Shown: positions 27,949 through 40,162, counted from the first letter of the stretch. The stretch: DNA of 64,000 nucleotides from Dictyostelium discoideum (GCA_000004695.1 CM000151.3:7648001-7712000); one strand, 5' to 3'. Program-made: numbers and translations. The notes: generated by a model not told the origin, from the letters alone.

Positions 27949-27959
27949 GAATCGAACCA
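27949..27959 (-). promoter_or_regulatory. External B-box (GGTTCGATTC on minus strand), about 30 bp downstream of tRNA-Asp
   Basis: Plus-strand gaatcgaacc is the complement of the B-box consensus. The position matches the Dictyostelium ex-B box arrangement. Confidence 0.5.
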
Positions 27960-27986
27960 GCGTACATATTTTGTATTTGGATAAAA

Positions 27987-28059
27987 CCTCCCTGTCCGGG
28001 AATTGAACCCGGGCCTTTCGCGTGACAGGCGAAAATCCTCACCACTAGACCAACAAGGA
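27987..28059 (-). tRNA. tRNA-Asp (anticodon GUC)
   Basis: Reverse complement reads TCCTTGTTGGTCTAGTGGTGAGGATTTTCGCCTGTCACGCGAAAGGCCCGGGTTCAATTCCCGGACAGGGAG. This is a canonical tRNA-Asp-GTC, with anticodon loop cctGTCacg and T-arm cccgggttcaattcccggg. Confidence 0.9.
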
Positions 28060-28109
28060 TAAAGATGATGATTTATTTTAAAATTATGTAAAATTTATAT
28101 AGCTTTAAA

Positions 28110-28850
28110 GACTAAACCAAGTCAAACCCAAATACGAAAACAAACAAAAATTAAAAGTAATCTATAGAAACATGATGGATATCAAATACAAGGGATGGAA
28201 CAAACACCAGCCAACAACAGGTCAAAAACTGATTCAAAAGAACATTAATCACCCAATTCTACCATTCAGAGAAGCCAGATCAATCACAACTATCAAAGGA
28301 AGAGACTTAGCATGGAGATATCTACTCAAGGCACTTCCAAAACACCATGGGGAGAATTGCCACTCATGTAAAGAAGAAGAATCGTCTATGCACATCTTCT
28401 TCGAATGCAAATCAATAAAACAGAATATCGACTCAATCTATCAAAAGGTCTGTAAAGACTCCAACAACACTTACCACGGTCCATGGAGCGAAAAAGTTCT
28501 CGGAAAACTACTCACACCATTCTCATCAAATCTGATAGGAGCCATTATGGAATCGATATGGTACAGAAGAAATCAAATAAAATTCAACGATAACACTACA
28601 ATAATAACAGAGAACCAAATAATTCATAAAATCAAAAAAGCGAGAGATGCCGAATGGGATAGAACAAGAAAGATAGTAGAAAAACAACTACGTCAAGAAC
28701 TAAGATGCACTGATAACCGAGAGTCAATCAATCGGACCGCATCAATAAAAAGAAGACTCGAAAAATTCAGCCACAACTGGAACTCGAAACTCATGACCAT
28801 AAACATCCCGGAACACTTCATACCATACTGCTCATATAACACCAACTACT

Positions 28851-28890
<40 letters not shown>
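28110..28890 (+). mobile_element. 5'-truncated non-LTR retrotransposon fragment (TRE5-type tRNA-gene-targeted retroelement), ORF2 C-terminus plus poly(A). Lies about 50 bp upstream of tRNA-Asp
   Basis: A-rich sense strand with atypically low AT for this genome. ORF 28172-28855 carries a C-terminal Cys/His motif (CHSCKEEESSMHIFFECKSIKQN...IWYRRNQ), typical of the C-terminal domain of L1-like ORF2. It ends in a 34-nt poly(A) at 28857-28890. Position and head-to-head orientation relative to the tRNA fit TRE5 integration about 48 bp upstream of tRNA genes. Confidence 0.65.
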
Positions 28891-28893
<3 letters not shown>

Positions 28894-28975
28894 ATAACAA
28901 TAATAATAATAATAATAATATAATAATAATAATAATATAATAATAATAATAATATAATAATAATAATAATAATAA
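28891..28975. repeat. (ATAATA)n / (TAA)n microsatellite following the poly(A) tail
   Basis: ttataacaataataataataataatataataataat... seen directly. Confidence 0.8.
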
Positions 28976-29099
28976 AAAAAAATAAGAATAACAAGAAAAA
29001 AAGAAAAAAAAAAAAAAAAAAAAAAAAAAAAACAGATAAACTCTCCTAGAACACACTCAAATTGAGTGATGTTATTAAAAAAAAAAATATATAGCTTTA

Positions 29100-29624
29100 A
29101 CAACATGCCATTCCAACAGTGTGGGGAAGATGAGACTTCAGAACATATATTCTTCAACTGCAAAGCCCACATCAAAAACACACAAGAAATCTTCATATAC
29201 ACCCTAACTAAGTGTGGACACACCACTCACACCTGGAATGTGAAGATTTTAAACCATCTACAAATTGCACTAGTAGCCAATTTAATAGCTATTATATTCG
29301 AAAAAATCTGGCACAAAAGAAATAAACTCATTCACGATGAAAAAGAAATAATAATTCACAGACATCAAGTCATACGTGAACTAATTAAAACACAAAGAGC
29401 TGCATGGGACAGGACACAAGCGGTTATAAACAAAACATTAAGAATCAAATCAAAGCAACGGCCAGAAGAACAAAATAAATTAGACTCACTAATCTCGCTA
29501 AAGCTATTACAATTTAGCAGACAATGGAACTCACCTCTTCACGCAATAGAACTTCCTAAACATCTCAAAAAATACAATAATTCACTCAGTACTTTCTATA
29601 AATAAAAAAAAAAAAATAAAAAAA

Positions 29625-29668
<44 letters not shown>
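29100..29668 (+). mobile_element. Second 5'-truncated TRE5-type retrotransposon fragment, a divergent paralogous copy of the same ORF2 C-terminal region plus a poly(A) of about 60 nt
   Basis: ORF 29066-29605 has CGEDETSEHIFFNCKAHIKN...IWHKRNKLIHDEKEII..AAWDRTQAVINKTLR. This parallels fragment 1 (CKEEESSMHIFFECKSIKQN...IWYRRNQIKFNDNTTII..AEWDRTRKIVEKQLR) at about 40-50% identity. It ends in poly(A) 29608-29668. Confidence 0.65.
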
Positions 29669-29673
<5 letters not shown>

Positions 29674-29992
29674 GGAACCCAAGTTAATCAGAAAATTTCT
29701 AGATTTTTAACTTTTTAAAGAAAAATATAAAAGATAGAAAGAAAATAAAATGAAAATCACAAACAACACCACAAATATTAAGCAACACAAATGCCTACAA
29801 AAAATAAGCGAAATTGTGGATAAAACTCAATTAAAAAAAAAACAATTCAAATACGTCATAAACATCAATCACGAACCAGACGATAAAATAAAAAAAGATT
29901 TAGAAAAAAGTTTGGACAAAAAAGATGTTTTAATCAAAAGTAATAATACAATTCAAAATTCGAAACAAAAAAAAAAAAAAAAAAAAAAAAAG
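29669..29992 (+). mobile_element. Possible third poly(A)-terminated retroelement-derived fragment
   Basis: A-rich, non-genomic-looking composition. Small ORF 29750-30013 runs into a poly(A) at 29967-29992. No recognisable domain. Weak support. Confidence 0.3.
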
Positions 29993-30090
29993 GTAAACCA
30001 ACCCCTCTTTTAGAGACCCTGTAAAAAAAAACTAAAAATAAAATGAGATCTAACATCTCAAGGAGAAGCAACTAATAATTGCGTTATCCA

Positions 30091-30200
30091 ATTCAAAAAA
30101 AAAATTTATATAGCTTCATCGAGCAAGAATTTCTCGAATTCAAAAAAAAAAAATTTATATAGCCAATTGTTATTCCATTCAAAAAAAAATTTATTCAGCC
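30091..30200. repeat. Three tandem units of about 55 bp, each containing attcaaaaaaaaa(a)tttatatagc
   Basis: attcaaaaaaaaaatttatatagcttcatcgagcaagaatttctcg / aattcaaaaaaaaaaatttatatagccaattgttattcc / attcaaaaaaaaatttattcagccaataag. The same aaaatttatatagc motif recurs at 28090-28109 and 29083-29100. Confidence 0.55.
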
Positions 30201-30364
30201 AATAAGTTAATTAAAGGAAAAACTGGTATTTTATTTCAAAATAAATGAAATATATTAGAAAAACGATTCTTTTTTAAAAAATTTGTTTTCAGTTATTGAT
30301 ATTTGACAGTTTTTTTCTTTTTCAAAAAAAAAAATTTTTATTTTTTTTATTTATTATTTTTTAT

Positions 30365-31636
30365 TTATTTTTTTTTAATTATTATATCTTTTAAATCATC
30401 TGGAATTGGATGATTATAATTACGATCAACAATTATTTTTTTTAAATTATTTGAGAAAATATTTGAAGTTAATTTAGGAAGATGATTAAAACAATAACCC
30501 ATTTTAATTTTAATACAAGATTCTGGAATATCATTTGGTTTAATCTTTTGATTAAAGTTAATTGAAAAATGAATAGTCTTTACTGAAGAAGGAAATGAAC
30601 CTTGAATCAATGGTTTATTAAATGAAGATAGGAATCTAATTTTTTCAACACCAAAACTAATTGCACCAGGTTTAATTGGTTGATTGAACGAATGTAATGT
30701 TAATTTTTTAACTGATAATGGAATTGCACCAATTTCAATATCAGAATTGAAATCATTCATTTTTAAAAATTGAACACTTGATGGAATATCACCTTTTTTC
30801 AATGAATGGTCATATTTTGATAGTGTTAAATGCGTTACTGATGATGGTATAATATCTGATCCAAGTTGTTGATTATAGCAACCTAAACTCAAATAAGTAA
30901 TACCATTAGGTAAATCACCAGCATATAAAGGTTGATTATATTCAAATAGTGATAAATCAATTAAAGATGATGGTAATAAATTTGGTTTCAATGGTTGATC
31001 GAAATCTGAAAGCATCAGCCATTCGATTGAATTTGGGATTGAATTTAGTTGTAAAGGTTTATTAAATTTTACTAAATACAATTCAACCAATGATGATGGT
31101 AAATCGTTTGGATTAATATCATGATTAAAGTTTTCCAAAACTAAACATTTTAAATTTTTTAATACATTGAATGAATCTTTTCCAATTGGTTGATTGAATA
31201 ATGATAATGTTAATTTTGTTAAACTTTCTGGTAAAACCATTGGTTTAATGATTTGGTCATATTTAATTAACTCCAATTCTTCAATTGATGATGGTATTAT
31301 ATCAATTTCTAATTCTTTATTTAATTGAGTTAATGATAATTTTTTTAAAGATGTTAATGGTTTTAAATCTTCACTTTTGAATTGACCCTTAAATGAAATA
31401 ATCTCTAAATCAATCAATGATGATAGATCATTTAAACAACCATTTGGAAATGTAAATGGATGATATCTTAATTTTGAAATATACCCTTTATTTGCATGAT
31501 CTCTTAATTCTGTTAATTTATTAATTTTAATTTCAACTTGATAATTATCTCTAAATAATTCTAAATGTTTGGTAATTTCATTTCTAATATAAATATTTTT
31601 CCAGACTCTAAAAAATATATTTTCAAATTCTTCCAT
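30365..31636 (-). CDS. FNIP-repeat protein (Dictyostelium-expanded family), single exon
   Basis: 423 aa. Repeated about 22-residue units with FNQPI/FNKPL/FDQPL cores and LPSS/IPSS spacing (..HSFNQPIKPGAISFG.., ..FNKPLIQGSFPSSVKT..). N-terminal MEEFENIFFRVWKNIYIRNEI is typical of the family. Confidence 0.85.
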   Translation of the reverse strand: MEEFENIFFRVWKNIYIRNEITKHLELFRDNYQVEIKINKLTELRDHANKGYISKLRYHPFTFPNGCLNDLSSLIDLEIISFKGQFKSEDLKPLTSLKKLSLTQLNKELEIDIIPSSIEELELIKYDQIIKPMVLPESLTKLTLSLFNQPIGKDSFNVLKNLKCLVLENFNHDINPNDLPSSLVELYLVKFNKPLQLNSIPNSIEWLMLSDFDQPLKPNLLPSSLIDLSLFEYNQPLYAGDLPNGITYLSLGCYNQQLGSDIIPSSVTHLTLSKYDHSLKKGDIPSSVQFLKMNDFNSDIEIGAIPLSVKKLTLHSFNQPIKPGAISFGVEKIRFLSSFNKPLIQGSFPSSVKTIHFSINFNQKIKPNDIPESCIKIKMGYCFNHLPKLTSNIFSNNLKKIIVDRNYNHPIPDDLKDIIIKKK

Positions 31637-32322
31637 TATTTATTTTTAAAAATTATTTAATAATAGTAATAATAATGAAATATAAAAAAAAAAAAATTCA
31701 GTTTTCAAAAAAGTTTTAAAAATAAATTGAAAAACAAATCGAACTTTTTTTAGTTTTTTTTTTTTTTTTAATCACAAATTAATTAATTAAATTTTGTTTT
31801 TTATTTTATTTTTTTTTTTATTTAGTTTTTTAAGGAAGATTTAAGGGAAATTGGTGTGGTGGAAATTTGTGGTGAATTTTTTTTTTTTTTTTTTTAAAGT
31901 TTTTTTTTTTTTTTTAAAGTTTTATTTTTTTTTTATTTTTATTTTTATTTTTATATTTTTTTTATTTTTATTTTTATTTTTTTTTTATTTAAAAAAAAAA
32001 AAAAAAAAAAATTATGGTTATCTTTCTTTTTCAAAACATAAAAAGTAGAATTACAAATCAAAAAAACAATAATAAATAAAATAAAAAAATAATAAAAAAT
32101 AAAAACAAAATAAAAAAATAAAAAAATAAAAAAATAGAAAAAAAAAAAATCAAAAAAAAAAAATCAAAAAAATTAAAATTTTTTTTTTTATAAAAAAAAA
32201 AATACCTATTTTTCGAGGTTACCTCAACAACTCCTATTTTTTTTTTTTTTTTCTCACACAAATCAATTAAACTTAATAATATAATATATATATATATATA
32301 TATATATAAATATAGATAAAGA

Positions 32323-32545
32323 ATGCCTATTATCTATTCACTTGTAGCAAGAGGATCATCTGTTTTAGCAGAGTTCACAAGTACTAATGGTAATTTTGTT
32401 ACAATTACAAGAAGAATTTTAGATTTAATCCCACCAAATGATACAAAAATGTCCTATGTTTATGAAAAGTATTTACTATTTACCAATTACTATTTTTATT
32501 TTATAAACATAACTATCAAATCCATATAACACATTAATACTAATA

Positions 32546-32576
<31 letters not shown>

Positions 32577-33410
32577 AATAATAATAATGAATAATAATTA
32601 TTTAATATTTTTAGGTATATTTTTCATTATTTAGTTAGTGATACATTAACATATCTTTGTATGGCAGATGAAGAATTTGGTAGAAGAATACCATTTACAT
32701 TTTTAGATGATGTAAAGAATAGATTTAAATCAATGTATGGTGATAAAGGTAAAACAGCAATTGCATATGGTATGAATTCAGATTTCTCAAGAACATTGGA
32801 GAATTTAATGGATCATTATTCAAATACAACACGTGTAGATACAATGAGTCGTACAATGGCTGAAATTGATGAAGTTAAAAATATATTAGTTAGTGATATA
32901 GCTCCACAATTATTAAAACGTGGTGAGAAAATTGAAATGTTGGTTGAACGTACTGATACACTCAATCAACAATCTTTTAAATTTAAAAAACAAAGTAAAC
33001 AATTAAAATGTGCAATGTGGTGGAAAAATGTTAAATTAATGTTAGTTTTAGGTGCTATTGTACTTGTAAGTAGTAAAATTAGTAATTTTTTTTATAAAAA
33101 CTCATTTTTTAATAAAATATAAATATTAACATTAATTTTATAATAATAAAATAATAATAATAATAAAATAATAAATTATAAATTATAAATTATAAACAAT
33201 ACAATAAATTTTTTCACAAATTAGATTATTATTTTCATTATTGTTATGTCATATTGTGATGGTTTCCGTTCAGGTTCAAAATGTCGTTCATCACCATCAT
33301 CAAATTCAACACCAACCCCAACTCCAACCGAAACCCCAACTCCAACTCCAACTCCAACTTCAACTCCAACTCCATCACAATTATTAGAAACTCTATTAAA
33401 CCAATTTTAG
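32323..33410 (+). CDS. vamp7: VAMP7 (longin-type R-SNARE). Exons 32323..32468, 32615..33065, 33225..33410
   Basis: Joined translation MPIIYSLVARGSSVLAEF..YVYEK|YIFHYLVSDTLTYLCMADEEFGRR..AIAYGMNSDFSRTLENLMDHYS..MAEIDEVKNILVSDIAPQLLKRGEKIEMLVERTDTLNQQSFKFKKQSKQLKCAMWWKNVKLMLVLGAIVL aligns along its length with human VAMP7 (MAILFAVVARGTTILAK..NYLFHYICQDRIVYLCITDDDFERS..LPYAMNSEFSSVLAAQLKHHS..VDELKGIMVRNIDLVAQRGERLELLIDKTENL..RAMCMKNLKLT). The third exon encodes the TM end and a T/P-rich tail. Confidence 0.9.
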
Positions 33411-33413
33411 ATA

Positions 33414-33449
<36 letters not shown>

Positions 33450-34672
33450 AATTGAAAAAAAAGTCCTCTTAATTTAAATTAAAAACAGAATAAAAAAAAA
33501 AAACTATTTCATTTTGAAATAGAATGTATACACCCCAATCAATCATTATAAGTTAGAAAACGCATATATAATAGTAATTTTTTCTTTTTTTTGAGAAAAA
33601 AAATTTTAAAATAAAAATGTTTTATTAAATTTCCAAGTTATTTAGACACAAAATATATATATAGATGATACACATTCATTCTAAATAAAAAAAATTTAGT
33701 AAACAAAAAAAATAATAATTTAGACATTTGTTTTTTTATTGTTATTAAAAAAGAATATTTCATTTTATTAAATAATTTTTTATTTTAATTTTTTTTTTAG
33801 CTAAAAGATCAAGAAAATAATTTGGAAGGGATGAATCAAGATAGAAACCTAAAATTTACAAATAAAAGATTATTATTAATATTTGAATAAATTTTATACA
33901 ATTTCTAATGTGGAGGTTGGGGGTCAAATTGTATTATATTATTTTAAATCTGTCAGGTTAAAGACCTTACCACAGGCCAACAATTTTCTCAGCAAGACAG
34001 AAATACTAAGACAGGGATAAATTATTTCATCATTAAGATTAAAAATAATAATAATACTACTATTTACTTGACCACCACCCCACTTAACATTTTTTTTTTT
34101 TTTATTTTTTTTTTATACATACAATTTTTGTTTGTTGCTTGTTGAAAAAAAGAGTCAATAAAATTAGTTTTTATATCCAAAAACTCGACCGAAAACGAAA
34201 AAAAAAAAAAATAAAAAAAAAAAAATTGAAAATAATTTTTTTTTTCATTTTTTTTTTTACATTGCACTTACATAGAATTTACATAAAAAATCATATGCGA
34301 ACAAATTTTTGGTTATTAAATTTTTTCTAAAACTATTTTATTTTTTGATATGTGATTCTTTTTTTCACTTTTTTTTTATTTTTAATTTTTCAACATTCCA
34401 ATCAAAAAAAAAAAACAGAACAAAATCAAATTTCAAGATACTCTATTAACAAAAATAGTATTTTTTTATTACCAAACAATAATTAAAAAATAAAAAAAAA
34501 ATAAAAAAATTAATTTAATAATGGTGATTAAATATGGAAATTAAATTAAATTAAATTAAATAAAATAAAAAAATAATAAATGTATTATAATACTCTATTA
34601 TTATTATTGGTATTTTAAACTATTTTAAAAGTTTTTTTTTTTTTTTTTTTTTTTATTATTTTTATTTTATAT

Positions 34673-37543
34673 TTATTTATTTAAATTTAATTGTGATCCT
34701 CCAGATGAATTTTCAGGACCAGGTCTTTTTCTTAAACCAGTTTGACCTAATTTAATTGCGTTTGCAAGAGCAGCTAATGGATCAGCACCACCAGCAATCT
34801 TTTTATTTTGAACAGCACCATTATCACCAGAAGCTTTGGCGAGTGCTTCTCTTTCTTTTTCAATTTTTTGACATTGTTTTGAAAATAATAATGAGAATGA
34901 GTAGATTGAATTAAAGAATTGTTGACAAGAGGCAGTTGTAGCATAAGATTTTGGATAACCAAAAAATTCAACTAATTGAATGAAAGAATCTACAATATTT
35001 TTTTGATTTTCTTTAAGGTTTTTAATATCGATTTCAGTTTTCTCCAAGAATGAACCAATGGTTGATTGGAATTTTGAAGAGGAGGGTATATTTGCTTCTA
35101 AAACTTTTTTACAATTATTTTTGGATATATTAAATTGTTTCTCTAAATCATTGATATCGGTTGACATATCAGAGATTGAAAGTTGAACCAATTTCAAAGA
35201 GTCTAGTTCTTGAGCGACATTCATAGTTTTTGGATACTTTTCCATGGAGATCTTTGATACATAATCCAAAAGTGAGGTTTTATTCTCCACATCTTTACTG
35301 GTTGCCAAGGAATCTAAAATTTCAAGAGTGAAACCATCGGCTTGACCTCTACCACTACCACCATTCATATAATTACCAAGTACCAATACGATACCCAATA
35401 TCTTTTTAAGTGAATCTGATGATTTTGTGTCTTTGATTGCATTTTGAAGTTTTTCCAAAATTTGAATGATATTATTATACATTTCTTGATATTCCAATTG
35501 GAATAACCAAGCTACTAAACGTTCTTTCATCATTGGGAAACCATAGATTTCAAGAATCCATCTTTCTGGTTTATCCAATTTGGATTCATGAATTTCTGAT
35601 CCTTTAATTAATTGATAATCTTGTTCAGTTGGTACATTTGTAATCAATGTTTTAATGATCTCTTTACCTAGAATTGAATTATCGACTGTATCGATTGCTT
35701 TCTTTAAACCTTCGGCAGTTGGTATTTTTGCCAACATAAATGCAATTGAATTTGATTTCTTTATATCTACTAATGAAACTAATTTAACTTTTTCACCTTC
35801 TTTACCTGTTGTTGAGGAGGGGTTTGTTGATAAAGATGAATCTACCGCTTTTTTCTTTGCACAAAATAAATTTTCAAAATCTTTTGAATCAAATGTTGGT
35901 TCTAAAACTTGATCCCAAATTGATTCATTTCTATTTGATGGTGGTAAAATAATTCTCTTCCAATATAATGGTTTCATTTTACTTGATGGATTAATAACTG
36001 GTTTATTTGGTTGAATTGCTGCAGGTCCTGTAGGTGGAGCACCTGGTGCTCCTGCTTTTTTACCACCAGAAGGTGGTGGTGGAGGTGGTGGTGGTGGTGC
36101 TCCTCCTCCAGAGGGTGGTGGTGGTGGTGGAGGAGGTGGAGGTGGTGCTCCTCCTCCAGAAATGGGTGGTGGTGGTGAAGGTGAAGGTGGTGGTGCACCA
36201 CCACCAGAAATTGGTTGACCATCATTACTAATATCAGGACTGGTTGGTGTAAATGCTGCTGTTGTTATTAATGATTGTGAAAAAATTTGTTGAGCTTCAT
36301 TTGGTGGCATCTTTTCTTCAATTGCTAATTTTAATCTTTCAATTTCTAATGTTGCTTCTTTTAATGAACTTTGAATTGATTGAATATCACTATCATTTAA
36401 AGTTGAAGTATTTGAAGAAGAGGAAGAAGCTTTTTGATTATTTGATGAATCTTGAGAAGGTGAAATTGATTGTTGTAATTTAAATTTAACTTCAACTTGA
36501 GTTAATCTTTGATTTTCTTCATTTAATTCAGCAATTGTCGAATCAAATTGTTTTTTATTTGCTAATACTTGATTTTTTAATTCCTCGGATAATTTTGTTT
36601 CTTGACGAAGTTGTTCATTGATTGCTAAAATTTTCTTTTCAAATTCATTAATTTTATCACGTTCAGCCGCTGTAGTTTTTAAGAAAGAAAGATCGGCTGG
36701 ATAAGATTGAATAGTTGGACCAAGATATCTTTGCATTGGATGAGAACTAAGGAAAACACGATCAGTTGAAGCTTCTTTAATTAATTGTTGTGCCAATTTC
36801 AATTCCTCTTTAAGAATTGCTATTAATGGTTGTTGTGCTTCATATTCTGTAAGTTTTGATTTTAATCTATTGCAAATTGCTTCCAATCTACTTGCTTTGG
36901 TTCTAAGATTTACACCTGAAGTTTCTTCATAAATTTCCAATTGTATTTGAAATTCTTGTTGTTGAATGGATGTTAGGGAACGTAATTTATCATCTAACCC
37001 TAATTCACCCCATTTCTTACAAAGTTTACCAACTTTTTCATCGGTTGGACAATTACTTAACAATACATTTAACAAAGTGAATGCATTGATTTTGGTTTCC
37101 AAATCACCTGAATCCAATAACTTTATAACATTTAAATATGGTTTTTTACCTTGAGCTACCGCTGTACCTTTAGCTGCTAAATGAACCGATTTAAAACCTT
37201 CCTCTTTTCTAAAATCACATAATACAAATAATAATTCCAATGCTCCTCTACAAACACCTACAACATTACTATCAACTAAACTAAACAATTGTTTAACTAA
37301 ATGTGGAGTTTTGGTAATAATTTCCATTGCACTAACATATTCAAGACATGCTCTTAACGATGCTAATGAATAAGTTTGTGCATTACCTTTACCATTTGTT
37401 ACCATTCTTAAAATACCTTCCATACCATTTTGTTCAATAAATGATTCTGCAAATTCATTTTCCTTTAAATAATTTTAAAATTTAAGAAAAAAAAAAAAAA
37501 ATTATTATTATTATTATTATTATTATTTATTTTTTGGAATTAT

Positions 37544-37582
<39 letters not shown>

Positions 37583-38024
37583 AACCTACTTGTAATTTAT
37601 ATTTTAAATGAAACATTATATCTTTTTCATTTGTTTCAGAATCATTTAAGGCTTTTACCCATTTTGAAGAACGATAAGTTGGATTTAATTGAAGGACTAA
37701 AGCAGTTTCACCAGATTCATAAAGTTGTTTAACAATGTGTTTAGTTTTTGATTCATCTGATTGAGGTGGCCAATTTAAATATTTTTTTGATGATTCTAAC
37801 TGTAAACAATAATCTTGAGCAGAGGATTCTTTAATACCAAATAATTGACAAATTGCTAGAAATACAGTTTTATATGAAGAATTTTGATCTAAATTATAGG
37901 TTTTAGAACCTTGTTGCATTTGTAATGCTGTTACATTTATTGATGATCTATTGTCAATTGAATTTGAAAGTGATGTTGAATTATTACTAATTGGATCTAA
38001 TTGAAATGTAATTGATAATATCAT
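34673..38024 (-). CDS. Formin (GBD/FH3 - coiled coil - FH1 polyproline - FH2 - C-terminal DAD-like). Exons 38024..37590 and 37462..34673
   Basis: Exon 1 is ORF 37527-38024, ending LKYKLQ|gtaggt. A 127-nt intron follows. Exon 2 begins ENEFAESFIEQNGMEGILRMVTNG (armadillo-like FH3). FH1 reads PPPSPSPPPPISGGGAPPPPPPPPPPPSGGGAPPPPPPPPPSGG. FH2 carries GNYMNGGSGRGQADGFTLEILDSLATSKD and an LVQLSISDM..DLEKQF lasso/post region. Confidence 0.9.
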
Positions 38025-38270
38025 TTTTTGATTTTATATTTCCAAAATGTTTTTTTTTTTTTTTTTCAAAAAAAAAAAAACCCACACATAAGTTTTAAAA
38101 ATATATAAAAACTATAATTTTTTTTTTGTTTGGAAAAAAAAAAAAAAAAAGGGGTGATGTGAATAAAAAAAAAAAAAAAGAAAAAAAAAAAAAAAAAAAA
38201 ATTGATTTCCTTAGATTTACAACCAAATCAAGTTTGTGGCTTGTTTTTTTTTTTTTATTAATAAATATTT

Positions 38271-38308
<38 letters not shown>

Positions 38309-38537
38309 AAATTTTTACAACGAGTTAAAAAAAAAAAAAAATAAAAAAAAAAAAAAAAAAAAAAAAAATAAAAATAAATTTATGGTTCGGTTGGAAATTT
38401 TCGAATAACTGTTTTATGGAGATTGTTTGTGGATTCTAAGGATATTTTTATAACCTTTTAATTTTTTATTTTTATTTTTAATAATAAAAATTATTATTTT
38501 ATTTTTATTTTTTTTTATTTTTTTTTTTTTTATTTTA

Positions 38538-40131
38538 TTATTTTTTATTTTTAAAACTTAAAATTATTAAATTTCTTGGTGAAATTAATTTATTAAAAAT
38601 TGGAATAATAAAAGATTGAGTAGTTGAAGAAAATTGATTTAGATAAAGAAAACGATCCAAAACTATTATAGATTCTAATACTGGTGCTAATAAACTACGA
38701 AGTAATAAAAAAGTGGTAATTTGTTTTTCTTGTTGTTTTTGATTTTGTTGTTCAAAATATGAAATTATTGGTTGACAAGTTTCTGGTAATTTAAAATCTA
38801 AATGAATTGATTGTTCATTTTGTTGCCTTTTCATTCTAATTAATGCAGCATTATAATAGGATTTATAATCTTTTGATTGATTTTTTGAAATATTTCTAAT
38901 TGTAAAATCATGAGATTTAATTAAATTATTATTAGATTTATTGATTTCATTTAAAATCCAATCTTCTAAAATTACTCTATAATAATGAATTCTACTGCTG
39001 TATTTAAAACTTTCTAAATCTTTTTGGCTTGAATCACTTGCTTCACAAGATAATTTTAAAGGTGCAGGACCAAGTTTTAAATTTTTTTTAATACAATGAT
39101 CAGACATAAATTCATGATTAGAATCTGTATCGATTTTATAATAACAACAACCAACATCAATAATTGAATCAATATTTGAACATTGTAAATAGTTTTTAAT
39201 CATTGTTGGTGGTAAAATACCACAAGTATGTAAACCAATTAACATTATTGATTCATAGTTTTTAGTTGAATCATTTCTATTTAATATATTTAAAAAGTCA
39301 TCATTTTTCATATCAGTTGAAATCGTTGTAACACACATATTTGTTGATTTTAAATTTAATTTATTCATAATTTCTTTTTTTTCAATTTCTTTAATTTTTT
39401 TAATTTCATTTAAATTGTTTTCAATATTATTTAATTTTAATTTATTATTTATAATTTCAGTTGTTGATGTTGTTTCTTTTTGTTGTTTTAATTCTTTTTT
39501 AATTCTTTGATTTTCAATTAATGATTGCCTTTTAATTGCACCTTCAATAAATGATTCAGAACAATCAATTGCAGTCATACTATGATTGAATTGATGATTT
39601 AGAATTTGAGTTAAATAAGCTTCACCAGCACCTATATCAACAATTTCATTTGGATTTAATTGTTTGGCAATCATATTTACAAATTCAGACATTCTAAGAA
39701 TTTCATGAATCTTTTTTTCAGACATACCCAAGAAAAGAGAATCTAAATTAAAATCTTTTTTAGTATCTTGTAATATCCATTGATCATCTGGTAAATAAAC
39801 ATTTTTTGGAATCCATAATTCAATAGCATCTGTTATAAATGATTTTAATGAAATTGGCCATTCACCTTTTATTACAGTTCCAGAATGAAATTCAACACAT
39901 TCATCATCTGTTAAATCTAATAATGGTTGTTTCCACTCTTCTGGTATTAATCTTGACCATATATTATCTCTAAAGAAATCCAATGACCTATTTTCATAAA
40001 GAAATGAATATTTATTAATAAATTCAATTAAATCATCAGCATATTTAATTGAATCTTTATATTTATTTGGTCTTATACAACCACTTTTAAAATTTTCTTC
40101 ACCAATATATTTTTTTAATAAAACTTCATTT

Positions 40132-40136
<5 letters not shown>
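38538..40136 (-). CDS. METTL25/RRNAD1-like SAM-dependent methyltransferase (Methyltransf_32), single exon
   Basis: 532 aa. SAM-binding motif VDIGAGEAYLTQIL, an acidic D after about 20 residues (AIDCSE), and the GLHTCG motif characteristic of METTL25-family proteins. Confidence 0.65.

Positions 40137-40162
<26 letters not shown>

Noticed and set aside
28172-29605. Two ORFs (227 and 179 aa) that could be taken for host genes
   Set aside because: They are paralogous to each other, A-rich on the sense strand, and carry the C-terminal Cys/His motif of non-LTR ORF2. Each is followed directly by poly(A). These are truncated retrotransposon remnants, annotated as mobile elements rather than genes.
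35974-36231. His-rich minus-strand ORF and poly-V plus-strand ORF within the formin gene
   Set aside because: Alternative-frame and antisense translations of the FH1 polyproline (GGTGGTGGA) region.
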